From Octopus sinensis (Eukaryota), in assembly GCF_006345805.1 (NCBI RefSeq), contig NC_043008.1, forward strand, positions 20,832,001-20,896,000: a stretch of 64,000 nucleotides of DNA, written 5' to 3'. The notes beneath the pieces are model-generated. The model ran no database searches and was not told the origin of the DNA. It worked only from the letters and a program-made list of their open reading frames with translations. This document shows, piece by piece, positions 50,409 through 64,000 of the stretch (its first letter is position 1; each line of letters begins with the position of its first letter). The position numbers and the translations under genes were made by a program.

Positions 50409-50816
50409 TGAAGTATATTTGCCACCTAAATGTGGCTAACCACTAAGAATAGATGCTACTGTAGCATGTAGCGCCAGAAGAACATCTCCAGTTGGCTATT
50501 GACACACTTTCTGAGCCCTATCAGTATTTGCAAAGGGAAGCTATCCTTCCCATCGTCGACCTGACGTGATACGCATGACCCCGGGTTTCTGGGTACTTAC
50601 CCGTCGTCAGCGCATGACAATCACCGGTCTTTGATGCGAAGGGGTCCCAATGCAAATACATATATCCTTTTTCCAGTGACGAAAAGTCACTGATCTCGAA
50701 AAAGAGTAAACAAGCAATAATAAATCTCTGAACAATGTTCTCCTGGGGCTACAAGCTACAGTAGCATCCACCCTTAGTGGTTAGCCACATTTAGGTGGCA
50801 AATATATTTCACACTG
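50409..50816. mobile_element. MITE with about 75-bp TIRs (Tc1/mariner-like CACACTG end)
   Basis: TGAAGTATATTTGCCACCTAAATGTGGCTAACCACTAAG vs CTTAGTGGTTAGCCACATTTAGGTGGCAAATATATTTCA. Confidence 0.85.
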
Positions 50817-50954
50817 TCGTGCAGCTACTGTTTATACCTCATTCAGAGATTTATTATTGCTTATATTTATGTATGTATGTATGTATGTATGTATGTATGT
50901 ATGTATGTATGTATGTATGTATGTATGTGTGTATGTATGTATGAATATATGCAC

Positions 50955-51135
50955 GACGGGCTTGGTTCATTCAGTTTTCGTTTACCAAATTCACTTTCAA
51001 CATTGGACAAATGCCTACAACTATCGCCTGAGGCGAGAGTTGTAGGCATTTGTCCAATGTTCCACACATTGGGACTGAACCTGGAACCATGTGGTTGGGA
51101 AGCAAACTTCTTACTACGCAGCCAAGGTTGCGCCT
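50955..51135 (-). mobile_element. SINE family C 5' part with internal palindrome
   Basis: GGAACCATGTGGTTGGGAAGC head; 51000-51060 hairpin. Confidence 0.75.
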
Positions 51136-51669
51136 ATGAAAAAAAAAGTGATCATCCCAAGCAGAGAAAATCACTTTCTACAATCGATTAAATCAACCTC
51201 AGTACTTCATAAATACACTGGAATTTATTTTTATTGACCCAGATGTATGCGTTATTGAAACGCAGAACTTAAATGGCGAGACATTCTGTAGCATATGTCA
51301 ATGATTATATCATAGACAGCAAGAAGGAGAATGGAAAATCTATGCTGGGATCCTCAATGAGACCTTGGTAACTACAGAGTATTTTCATTTTATTTTCCAC
51401 TTGTTGCTGTGGCTAAATCCTGGTCAGTCTTGAACCTGCTGACTTTTGGAAGGATACACGTGATAGTTTTAAAATCTCATCCTATTAGGGTTCACTTCTT
51501 ATTTTATAATCCTATAAGTTTATTTCTCATCACTGGTTGTGTACCATTTTGTGCCATACTCGAAGAGTATAAGTGTGTGTGTAGAAGAGTTTCATTGAAA
51601 GGCGTACATCATGAACATAGCTAGAGTGAACGCCTAATCGTATCTATTATGTTTGTCTCGAATTGGTAA

Positions 51670-52150
51670 TGCTCCTGTACCCATCTATCCTGGTAGCACT
51701 GCCAGACCAGGGATTTCTGGAGGTCATCCACAGTCCCCAAGTTGAAAGTCATCTAGCACAGACATTTTAGCGGCATCAGGTGTATCTCTCAAAACGTCAC
51801 CATTCTTGCCTACCGCCCACACTATATAAAATGCAAGGGTTCCCTACCAGCCTCCTGTTGCTCGACTAACAGAGATCTGCCTGCAAACGTCTGATATCTT
51901 TATAGATGTTTTATGCCTAATATTGACCTTGAGGCATGGCTACAGCGCCGTCGAAAAGACGAGCAACTGGTAAACATGCGACCAAAATTCTTTCGATCGA
52001 GAAATGCCAACAAAGGCCGCAGCCATATTGCATGCTGGTGCATCTTCAGCTACGACATACAGATCCACTTGTGCAGGGAACATTAGGAGCAGATGGAGCT
52101 TCTGAACAGTGGGACCCGTTTCTTGTACATGTAGGGCCTCCACATATTTT
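51670..52150 (-). mobile_element. L1/Tx1-like ORF2 C-terminal remnant
   Basis: Across frameshifts: KRVPLFRSSICS, KMHQHAIWLRPL, FWSH, TLAFY, TFNLGTVDDLQKSLVWQCY. Confidence 0.55.
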
Positions 52151-53489
52151 GAGAACAAGATTTTAGAATAAAATGTTTTGAGGGAGAATTACAGACAGCC
52201 ATGTATGCGGGTTTTCAAAAATAGTCTCGATTCCACACTAATACTTAGTTTGTTCAGGTTATAGTAGATTGGGAATGTTTTCTAGTATATTCTAGCAAAT
52301 CAAAAGCAAACCTGCCAATAAACTTTTTCCGTAGCTTCTATTTCCGTTTGTAGGAAATTGTCTCCTTCCGCCGCTTATCACCTTGGACAGGGCATGAACA
52401 TCACTTGCCTTTCCCATCCACTATAAACCAAACATTAGTATGGAATCAATACTATTTTTATTCTATTAGTTGATACAATTTTCAGAGGTGATATACTTGT
52501 GTTCAACTAATTGACTATTTTACGAAATCGATTCTTTCCCAAAACAAACTTTTACTTTGACAAATACATATAAATCATTATTTTAATTGATGTAACATTT
52601 CAAGTTCTTTTCTTTTCTTCCTGTTGTTTTCTTTGATAAAATTTATAGACAAGCTACTCTGCCTAAAAGCAATGCTAATCGAGATATTTTAGTGTTCCAA
52701 TATCGTTGATCAATATTAAAGTTAAGAGCAGTGGATGACAGATATAGTAAGTAGTATACCGGATTAAATGCCTCTCTTCATTTTCTATGTTCTGAGTTCG
52801 AATTTTAAAACGGTGGCCTCAAATCCGGTCGATGTATGTATGTATGTATGTATGTATGTATGTATGTATATGTATATGTATGTATTGATGTATAAAGGTT
52901 GAATGTGGATTCGTCCTTTGTAAAGATTTCTAATGTTGACTTTTCATACTTTGCAGGGAGTTTACAGGCGAAGATATAAAAGTACTACTTGTATATAATA
53001 TATGATGAATTTATGGAATGATGTCCCCTAAAAATCTGGATCGATTTGTGTATATTTGTAGCCAAATTCTAATCAATATTAAAGTGAACATCTGTCGATG
53101 ACTGAAGCAGCAGAGAGCTGGGTTAAATGTCATCAGTTATTCCGTGTTCCCTGTTCAAATCACGTTTTGGGGAAGGATAATTAAACAAGTGCTAGTCAGG
53201 TACTGTGTATGTACAGTGGAGAAATTCAGTTGGGAATCTGCCTTCCAAACATTTTTAGCGTATCATAATTCAGTATCAAAGTGATTGCGCCAGGAAGAAT
53301 AGAAGACAGGTAAAATTATTTAAAATGTTTAGTTCTTTTTACTCTTTTTTTCAGTAAAACATGAAATTGGGGATAGTCATAGGGCCTTACAATTTACTCC
53401 CTGGCATTTTTACTTTCGCTTTCAAATCTTTCTTAAACTATCCTTCTATTGAGAGACGACTGTCTCAACTACATGGATATTCTTAATCA

Positions 53490-53700
53490 GAGGTGAGCTG
53501 GTAGAATTGTTAGCACGCTGGGCAAAATGCTTAGCGTCATTTCGACCGTCTTTACATTCTGAGTTTAAATTCCGCCAAGGTCCACTTTGACTTTCATTCC
53601 TTCGGGGGTCAATAGTCAATATTTAAGTACCAGTTGAACGCTGGGTGTCGACGTAATCGTCTTACCCCTTTTACCGAAATTGCTGAAAATTTCATACCAA
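53490..53700 (+). mobile_element. SINE family B, decayed
   Basis: GAGGTGAGCTGGTAGAATTGTTAGCACGC head and core. Confidence 0.75.
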
Positions 53701-54284
53701 TATTATCGTTGTTAATGTTGTTGTTCTTCTTCTTCTTGTTCTAATTGCTGTTGTTGTAGTTGTTGTTATTGTTATTGTTGCTGTTGTTATTGTCGTTCCG
53801 GCTGTATTATTCTTCAATCCTCTCTACAACACAAGACTTCCAAGGGGCTTCCATTGGCTATTTCAATTCACATTTATATTTAGTCGTTACGACTTTGCAA
53901 AAGATTTTGTAGACAGTCTTAATTCACTTATATTTTTAGCTGTGCCAACATTTCCAACACCTACCTAAATCAATACAAACTAACACAAGAATGATTTAGT
54001 GAGAAATAGTTCTATATTGGCGCATGTTGCCAACTGAACATCTAAATGTACAAACCTATATCTGTTGGATAGAAAAACAAAGTAAATAAGAGAAACGAAT
54101 ATTCAGAAACAAATTTGGAAGAGCATTATGAAAGAAAGATATCATTTATTATGAAAAGACAATTATATTGTTATCGAAGTATTGGATTTCCGACATTTTT
54201 CGTAGTTCCAAAAACATAAAACGCCAATCACAATGAACAAGAATTTTTATGCACGAAACCTAAAATCAATCTTTTACCATCATC

Positions 54285-54335
54285 ATCAACATCACCATCA
54301 AAATCATCTTCATTATTATTATTATCATTATTATC

Positions 54336-54366
<31 letters not shown>

Positions 54367-54440
54367 TTGTTATTACTATTATTATTATTATTATTATTAT
54401 CATTATCGTCATTATTTATTATTATCATTATCATTATTGC

Positions 54441-54477
<37 letters not shown>

Positions 54478-54674
54478 GTTATTATTATCATTATTATTAT
54501 TATTATTATTATACAAATAAATGCGATATATACGTATGCACATATGCATATATGTACACGCACACATATACATATGTATGTGTGTATATATATATATATG
54601 TATATATATAATGTGTGTGTGTGTATATATATATATATGTAAATATATATGTGTGTGTATATATGTATTGTTTG

Positions 54675-54710
<36 letters not shown>

Positions 54711-54722
54711 CATGTATAAATA

Positions 54723-54755
<33 letters not shown>

Positions 54756-54780
54756 CTGTTAACTATATGTATATATACAT
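54285..54780. repeat. (ATT/ATC)n and (TA)/(TG) microsatellites
   Basis: Direct inspection. Confidence 0.95.
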
Positions 54781-55354
54781 CTGTTTATTTAAAAGATTTC
54801 CTGTGTTTTGACTATATAGTTTCGTTTTTGCTATATATTGGTTTGATTCTTTGTTGTTTGATTAAACTAAAAACACTTCAATCATTTACTTTCGTGCGAC
54901 TAGATTTCATCCCGCAAGTATAAACTTTATATTAGTTTCCAGTTATCTTCGAAGCTTCATATACGGTGTTATTATTAAATTTCTGTGATTTTGCCAGCCT
55001 CGTTTCTCTTGATACACATGTTGTATCCAGCTTCGATTTCTTATGCAGTGTATTTATCAATATTTTATTTGTCATTTGTTTCGCTCATTAAACTGCAGCC
55101 ATGCAGGAGATCTATTTTCAAGGGTTTTATATAGTCCAAAAAATCGATCCCAGTACATATTTTTAAAGTCTGGTTCTTATTCTATAAACTTCTGTCGAAG
55201 ACCTTATTTTTAGATATGGCCGTTAAGATCTATAATGTTTTCATTGTAGATTTCGTCAACTTTATATAAAACCTGCAAAATTATGGGAAGATAAGCGCGC
55301 TGGCACCGATTGTCAAGCGGTGGTGGAAGGACAAACACAGACGCGGACACGATA

Positions 55355-55500
55355 GTAGGCTTCTCATTCGAGGTAAGATCACGTTTCTGACCCATAATGA
55401 CACTTAACTTGAGCACCTACCTAATAACTGCAGACATGCTGCTGCTACACGACAATGCCCGCCATTTGTTTGCTTCTGCGCAGATCCGATTTGTTTTAAC
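55355..55500 (-). mobile_element. Tc1-like transposase start fragment
   Basis: MGQKRDLTSNEK. Confidence 0.45.
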
Positions 55501-56235
55501 AGAATGTGTGCAGATAGGTGACGCCAATAGTCAGTGGGAAAACAACTGGTTTTGAACGAATAAACATTTATTTATTGAGGGAAGATTGATTTGCCTCATA
55601 ATGTGGGACGCAGTGTGGAAGTTTTATCCAATATATATATATATTCTCTGTGAATGTTATTGTGACCATTTGATTTTGACCTAGTTCTCCTAACGCTGAA
55701 TCTGTTCATCAAATAGTAGTAATTGGCATTTAGTTGTGACAATGCTGTCTTCTACATAAATTCCTTATATGGAGCTATGACATCTCCTTTACCCCATTTC
55801 TATAATTAGAAAATCTTTATTGTCTCTTTTCATTTGTTCTTCCTTCTCAGAATCTTACAGTAGTCTGAAACAACTGAATCTTAGTCAGTCAGTTGATGGG
55901 CTCCACTACCTCAAATGTTCTTAAAATTTAAATCCACACCTTTGTCTATGTATCTACCTTCTCTATAATGTTGCCACTTGATATGAAAATTTTTGTATTA
56001 ATGGAAAACCTCAATAATTGGCTGATGAGTGCTCAGCATTTTAAAACTGTTGTAATACTTACAATAGTTAATAAAATGATGTAGTACGAAATGATCGTAC
56101 CAAATTACCGGAGTCATTCTTGTTGCTTATTTTGATTATAATCACCCCACGGAATTTTATGGACAACACCATACAGGATTCTGGTGCATCTAAATTAATT
56201 ACCATATTCATTTGAATCTAAATTTTTGCTGAACC

Positions 56236-56269
<34 letters not shown>

Positions 56270-56271
<2 letters not shown>

Positions 56272-56735
56272 TGATGTATGTATATATATGTATCTGTGTT
56301 TGTCCCCACCCCCACCATTGTTGACAACCGATGTTGGCGTGTTTACGTCCCCGTAACTTAGCGGTTCGGCAAAAGAGAGATAGAATAAGTACTAAGCTCA
56401 CAAAAAATGTCCTGGGTCGATTTGTTCGACTATAGGCGAATAAAAGAATATATATAAATAAAAATATATAAATGCGCGTGTATATGTTTATGTGTCTGTG
56501 TTTGTCACTCCAACATCGCTTGACAACCGATTCTGGTGTGTTTACGTCTCCGTAACCTAGCGGTTCGGCAAAAGAGACCGATAGCATAAGTACTAGGCTT
56601 ACAAAGAATAAGTCCTGGGGTCGATGTACTCGACTAAAGGCGGTGCTCCAGCATGGCTACAGTCAAATGACTGAAACAAGTAAAAGAGTATATGTATGTG
56701 AGTCTGTGTGTGTAAAAGAGTAAAAGAGTAAAGAG
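56270..56735 (+). mobile_element. two tandem family C 3' halves
   Basis: TTGACAACCGAT...CGGTTCGGCAAAAGAGA occurs twice; tail at 56640-56690. Confidence 0.85.
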
Positions 56736-56737
<2 letters not shown>

Positions 56738-56766
<29 letters not shown>

Positions 56767-57192
56767 TGCATGTATGTATGCATGTATGCATGTATGTATG
56801 TATGTATGTATGTATGTATCTACGTATGTGTGTATGTATGTATATATGTATGCATGTATGTATGTATGTATATATGTATGCATGTATGTATGTATGCATG
56901 TATGCATGTATGCATGTATGTATGTATGTATGTATGCATGTATGTATGTATGTATATATATATGTATGCATGTAAACATGTATATATGTATGTATGTATG
57001 TATGTATGCATGTATCTACGTATGTGTGTATGTATGTATATATGTATGCATGTATGTATGCATGTATGCATGTATGTATGTATGTATGTATGTATGTATG
57101 TATGTATGTATGTATGTATGTATGTATGTATGCATGTATGCATGTATGTATGTATGCATGTATATATGTATGCATGTATGTATGTATGTATG

Positions 57193-57224
<32 letters not shown>

Positions 57225-57315
57225 CATGTATGCATGTATGTATGTATGTATGTATGTATGCATGTATGCATGTATGCGTGTATGTATGTATGTATGTATG
57301 CATGTATGTATGTAT
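56738..57315. repeat. (TATG/CATG)n satellite
   Basis: Direct inspection. Confidence 0.95.
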
Positions 57316-57714
57316 AATTTTTTTATTTAAAATTTTTTCTTTCTTTTAAACTTCTGAGAATTTTATCAAATTTTATAACAGTGACAAATCCAGAAAATAA
57401 AAACAAGATCAACTATATAAAAGAAAATAAATATTCTCTCTCCCTTTTTTATAATTTTATTGAAAAACATTAAAAACAACAAAAACCTGCAGAAGAATCA
57501 AAAGATAACTACAACTAGAAGGAAAAGAAGAAAGAGAAAGCAAAGAATGGCTTACAAAACAGATTCCATAAATTAAGAAACAATAAAAGAAATAGTTTCA
57601 AAAAGTTCTTGTATGTATGTATGCATGTATGCATGTATGTATGTATGTATGTATATATGTATGTATGCATGTATGTATGTATGTATGTATGTATGTATGT
57701 ATGTATGTGTGTAT

Positions 57715-57880
57715 GTATTCGACATGCTTTTTTTACTTTCCGCCGACCAACTCCACTCACAATTCTTTGGCCAGCCTGAAGCCTATAATAGAACATATTT
57801 GTCCAACACGCGGTGCAGCTGGATTGAACTCGGAACCATGTGGTTGGGAAGCAAACTTCCACCCACATAGTCACGCTTGT
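57715..57880 (-). mobile_element. SINE family C 5' part, diverged
   Basis: GGAACCATGTGGTTGGGAAGCAAAC. Confidence 0.7.
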
Positions 57881-58417
57881 TCGAGGTAATTACGTTCGTT
57901 AGTCCGATATCTCGCTTCGTTTGCGTTCTGAGTAGAAAGAAATCTTGCCTGCATCAAAATCTTCCTTTCTTTCATTGAACTTTCCAGGTCAATAAACTAC
58001 GAACCATTTCAATACGGTTCAACTAATTAACTAAACAATAATTTCTCTCGATTTATACTCTTGTGCAACTAATAGAAATAACCATTATCATTGTTGCGCT
58101 TGTTGACGACGACGACGACGACTACGACGACGAAGAGAAGGAGGAGCAGGAGGAGGAGGTTTAAGACAAGTGAACGTCGTCAACACAGCTCCAGAGAAAG
58201 TTGGTTATGTCAAGGTTTATTTCATTTGATGAAAAGGGATTGTTTCGATTTGTTTTCCCTTATTCATTCATTCAAGTATTTATTTATTTGCTTTTGTTCG
58301 GTCAACGAGGGGCTTTGACACGTTTAAGTGACAGCTTCGTTAGTTTGAGGTCGAACAAGTTAATGTGTTTGTATGGAGAGCTTTCCTCTCACACGCATGT
58401 ACGTATTCACACACAGA

Positions 58418-59160
<743 letters not shown>

Positions 59161-59400
59161 CATACAGACAGATACATGCATACATATTTACGTACATACA
59201 TGCATTCATTCATGCATACATATATACGTACATACATACATACATACGTACATACATGTATATGAATGTATGCGTATGTTTTATGCAATTGCATGTATAT
59301 GTGTAATTATATACATGTAAACGCATGTATATAAATGTGTGTGGATATAGATACTCTCTCTCTCTCTATTTATTCTCTGTCTGCTTATTTTCTCTTATTC

Positions 59401-59436
59401 CTTTCTGTTGAAGAGCGTAGGCTCGAAACGTAAAAG
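59401..59436 (+). ncRNA. minimal type I hammerhead-like motif, A6U variant
   Basis: CTTT-CTGTTGA-A-GAGC(GTAG)GCTC-GAA-ACGT-A-AAAG. Confidence 0.6.
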
Positions 59437-59510
59437 ACTTTCTCACTTTCCCAAGCGTCAAACTAATACGCCTGTTGTGCATACAGCTGTCTTCTCTTTT
59501 GTTTTCCTGT

Positions 59511-59568
<58 letters not shown>

Positions 59569-59578
59569 TATATATTTT

Positions 59579-59698
59579 GGCCTGCTCGCTTAGCCAGCGG
59601 GGTAGCGTCATTTCAATGCTAAAATAATGCGAAGCGCATTGTGACCAGCGATGTGTAGCAACATCTGATAGCCTGGTGATCACGGTGATCACGGTGAT
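59579..59698 (+). mobile_element. SINE tail i fragment
   Basis: GGCCTGCTCGCTTAGCCAGCGGGG...GATCACGGTGATCACGGTGA. Confidence 0.85.
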
Positions 59699-60026
59699 AT
59701 ATATATGTATGTATGTATGTATATATGTACACACACACGTATATATGTATATACATATATGTGTGTGTGTGCATATATATATAGACATATATATATATAT
59801 ATATATAATATATATATATATATATGTGTGTATATATATGTACATATCTATATAGCTATACATATATATATATACATACATACTTATATCCATATATACA
59901 TACATATATGTCTATAAATATTTATTCGTATTCTAGCATGGCTTCTTTTGAAGTGTTTGGAATATATGCTTGTCACAAACCTGGCATCAATAAGTCTCTT
60001 GTTGACGATGAGGCGACGACGACGAC

Positions 60027-60061
<35 letters not shown>

Positions 60062-60419
60062 CGATGGTGGTGGTGGTGGTGGTGGTAGTGGTGGTGGTGG
60101 TGTGGAGGAGGGGAGAAGGAGGTTTACGGCAAGTGAATGTCAGCAGCCAGCACACAGCTCCAGAGAAATTAGATTATGGCAGTGTTTACTTGACGGAAAC
60201 GAATTGTTTCGATTTCGATAGAAATCTACAAATTAATGGAAAGGTCAAACAGGAAAAAAATTACATAACGATTCAAATGGATACATAGAATTATGAAGAC
60301 TGTAACAAATACAAATACAAACACAAGTCGCGATGTATGTAATAAGTTTAACGAGAAATGCAACTGTTTCTTCTTCATGGATATTTTCTTAGAATATTAG
60401 GAATAGCAGACAGATATAG

Positions 60420-60660
60420 TAGACGATGAGCAAAAGTTTTCAGAAATCGCTATATTTTCGACTCTGGGCCCTCTCTCGTGATTCTATCCAGTTGGATTCT
60501 GCTGGTTTAGTTTTGACTCAGTGTCCCAGACGTTTCCCAGACGTTTCCCAGAGATGAACAAAAGTCTTCAGAAACCGCTGCATTTTCGACTCTGGGCCCT
60601 CTTTCGTGTTTCTATCCAGTTGGATTCTGCAGCTTTAGTTTCGACTCAGTGTACCGCGTT
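60420..60660. repeat. 128-bp tandem duplication (about 1.9 copies)
   Basis: CAGAAA[T/C]CGCT at 60441 and 60569. Confidence 0.85.
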
Positions 60661-61361
60661 TGCCATCTATATTTCTGTAACTTTGCTTTTATTAAGAAGT
60701 AGTATTGACCCTATACAAATCCATTTTTACTTCTGGGAAGAGATGGTCCATGTTAGTCTGGCTTCTACACTTTGATCTATCGCATATGGGAAGCCAAAGA
60801 AGGAGCTTGTACCCTACCGGCATCTCACAGAAACATAGAGGCCCACAATCTCCCACCACGCAACAAGGACCGGAACTTATAGTGGTTATACATAGAACAC
60901 TGTTGTGTATTTTCATATTCTGTTGTTGAGTATTTCATTTAGAATTTGAAATATTTATCAAAACCAGAAGCTATTCCATAACCAGAGTTCTTAATTTCTC
61001 TTGATAAATTCTATGCCAATTATTTTGGAGCATCTTGTGGCATATCATTTTATCTCTCAAATATTTCCTAACTAATTGTACACAAATAACGTGCTAGGGG
61101 TTCCCGTTCTATGTGTTGCTCTTAAATAAGTGATGTCTCGTTATGTCTTTCAATTGTTAGTTGTATTTTATTTGCTCTCATTTATTTATTTCGTTTCAAA
61201 TTCATTATTTAGATTTAAGGAATATTTTACGATCTTTTTTAGTTCGACTTATCAGGTGTGTCATCGACAAGAACTCTTGTTATTTCTGAGAGTTTTTCTT
61301 TGATATAATAAGTTGTTACAATATTCCATCAACTTTTGGAACCTATTTTCCGCCTTCCATA

Positions 61362-61415
<54 letters not shown>

Positions 61416-61966
61416 GTGTGCGTGTATATGTGTATACACACACATAAAGAACAGATTCGTTTTCCTCAAAACTGGCAGATAGCCCTGAGCGAACATATCA
61501 ACAGATGCGCAAGAAATAAGACGCCGAATTTCTATATCTTTCCATTATACCAATGCAAAGATTCAATCTCCTTACAAGAACACCTAAACAAGGAAAAGCT
61601 GTTCATACAAAAGTGCAGACCACACCTTACTATACAAACTTCACCACTTTAAAGAAACATACTGCGTTAGTTGTCACCCTTGCCACCTGCTACCTCCCTT
61701 GGTCCACTCTCTAGACTCATTCTTATTTTTCAAGCATTCAAAATGACGAGATCCCTTTGTTACAAGAATTGATTACTTCACGACGTCCCTTGAAAATTTA
61801 ATATAAATAGCGAACACCGGTTAGATATTACTACATCCATAAGATATGTATATATTTTTTAAAATTTCTTTATAATAAGATATTAAACTATGCTAAACGA
61901 AGGCGTTTCTCTTCCACTTTTTATATATATTTTCCACGTATTTTCAACCTCTCTCTCTCTATATCT

Positions 61967-62021
<55 letters not shown>

Positions 62022-63481
62022 ATAATGGAAAGGGGAGACAAACGCTCGAGATGTTATTTAAATAAATCATTTATATCACTATGTCACCGACATACGTTTC
62101 GATAGATGTATTAACATAAAACTGAGAGGAAGAATAATGTGGGAAAATGCATCAATCTCATCTCGGAGGATATAAACAACAGAGTTCATCAATAAGTCAT
62201 TTTTGCAGATATAACAAACTACAATATATAACATATAATGTATGTGTGTGTAGAAAACAAATGTGGAGAGGGAACGCTAGTAGTTTTAAAATACCATTAA
62301 GAAATTTGACGTCAAAGGACTAGAGAAGAAGAAAAGGAAGAGAGAAAGAAAGAAAGAGAGTTAAAGGAGAAATCGTGGTATAAACAAATGGAAAATGAAT
62401 GATAGATAGATAGGTAGAAAAGATGAGGGAAATAATGAGAAGTATGGGATGAAAGAATAGAGTCTAAGTTGCAGATATTATTAGATAAAGGGGCAGATAT
62501 TATTTGAAATAACCGAAAGAGTGTTTTATCCAATGCAAACACATATAAACACGTTCTTTATAGGTGTTGACCGGTGGCTGTTTGGAAGAAAAAAAGGATA
62601 AATATTTGTTCGTCCGTACAAAGAGAACAGAAGGATTGGCCTTGCATATTTTTGTTTATTGTTCATACATATTTCTGATATTGCTAACATGTATTGCTTA
62701 TAATATTGCTGTATAGTATACATCTATGAGTTCTAAGTAGTGTTGTTTGCATTAGCCATATCTCAAAAATTTCACTTCACTTTCATGAAAGCCAGCGATA
62801 AGAACCAGATAATTTTGCACTGGTATATCTTTTGAAAGGATAACATTCCTAACACTCATGATTCGAGGATATTATAGCGTGATCATATAAAGCCAATGCT
62901 ATCATATTTCTAATAACTACTGAGTATTCACGCATTATTTTAATTCATGCTGCTATTCTTAGTCACGGTTAGAGTTAGGGTTAATGTGCTGTATAGCGCT
63001 TGATTTTTGTTTGTTTTGTTTTTTTCTTCAAGTTGTTTTGTTTTTTCTTGTCTGTTTCTAAAAAATTTTTAAATGTCACTATGAACAAAAGATCTTTTAC
63101 GAGGTCACTCGTTCTGCTAAACATGACAGATGAATCCCCTTCAAACTAGTTCCTATTTTCTTAAATACATTAGATATTAAATACATTAGACATTGTACTG
63201 GTAAAAGAGCAACAAAGATATTCAAGTCTTTAATCATAAGCTCTACTCGATTCGTGCTGATCTGGCTTTAAAAAAATAGCAATAAAACAAAACTACTTCG
63301 AACTCGACCGCCGTTAACAACATCAATACCAAGAATAGGGTTACATATAGAAGAATAACAAAACCAGAAACAACAACAGGAGTGAGAAGACCACAAGAAC
63401 AAGGCGAGAATAACAACGCCAAAGCCAACACCATCAGAAACATCCATAGCATCAACAATACGAATAACAGCAGCACCAGTG

Positions 63482-63830
63482 GGGGGCGCAATGGCCAAGT
63501 GGTTAGGGCAGCGGACTCGCGGTCGTAGGAACGCGGTTTCGACTCCCAGACCGGACATTTTGAATGTTTATTGAACAAAAACACCTAAGCTCCACGACGC
63601 TCCGGCAGGGGGTGGTGGCGACCCCTGTTGTACTCTTTCGCCCCAACTTTCTCTCATTCTTTCTTCCTGTTTCTTTTACCCGATTTCCTACGCAACCGCT
63701 GAGCCTGGATGCGCATTCATCCATCCGTCGATGCTCTCGGTGTCGGGAGTTGACCTGCTTTCTCTTCTGCGAGTCTTACGAATAGCAAAGGACCACGTTT
63801 CGGACCGCTCGGACTGGGCCGCTCAACAGC
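63482..63830 (+). mobile_element. SINE family A, tail type iii
   Basis: Family A head/body followed by a third unrelated tail. Confidence 0.85.
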
Positions 63831-64000
63831 GCTCAACAGCAGCAACAGCAACAACAACAGGACAAAAATAAACGATACCAATCCAGTAGGAGCAACAACA
63901 GCATCAATAATTAGAATAAAAGTGACAACAGGAATAGCACCAGAAACAATCATCATCATCAACAACAGAAACAACATCAACAATAAGAGCAACATTAAGT

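Noticed and set aside
56022-56050. CTGATGAG with a TGCT/AGCA stem
   Set aside because: Followed by TTTTAAAAC, not GAAA
63785-63835. Minus-strand CTGTTGA...GAAACGTGGTC in SINE tail iii
   Set aside because: Helix II needs a bulge and helix I does not form

Overview
AT-rich, repeat-saturated animal DNA; the SINE families and extreme (CA)/(TA)/(TATG)/(GATA) microsatellite load suggest an octopod cephalopod (inference). No host protein-coding gene can be supported: nearly all listed ORFs are microsatellite artefacts, and only one weak exon candidate exists (10332-10439). The window contains four tRNA-derived SINE families, LINE remnants (CR1/L2-group, R4/Dong, RTE, L1/Tx1), Tigger/Tc1 fragments, several MITEs/foldbacks and Helitron pieces. 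The main result is a set of hammerhead ribozyme (HHR) motifs found by hand. Two are canonical type I HHRs: 222-289 (+), inside a 480-bp tandem unit that looks like a non-LTR retrozyme or Penelope pseudo-LTR, and 49876-49938 (-). There is also a minimal HHR with a swapped G3-C8 core pair (49561-49611, second copy 42493-42543), an A6U-variant family (2856-2889, 59401-59436) and a core lacking helix I (50577-50610). Three of these cluster within about 1.1 kb. All folding is manual and no activity is demonstrated. SINE and remnant boundaries are approximate.
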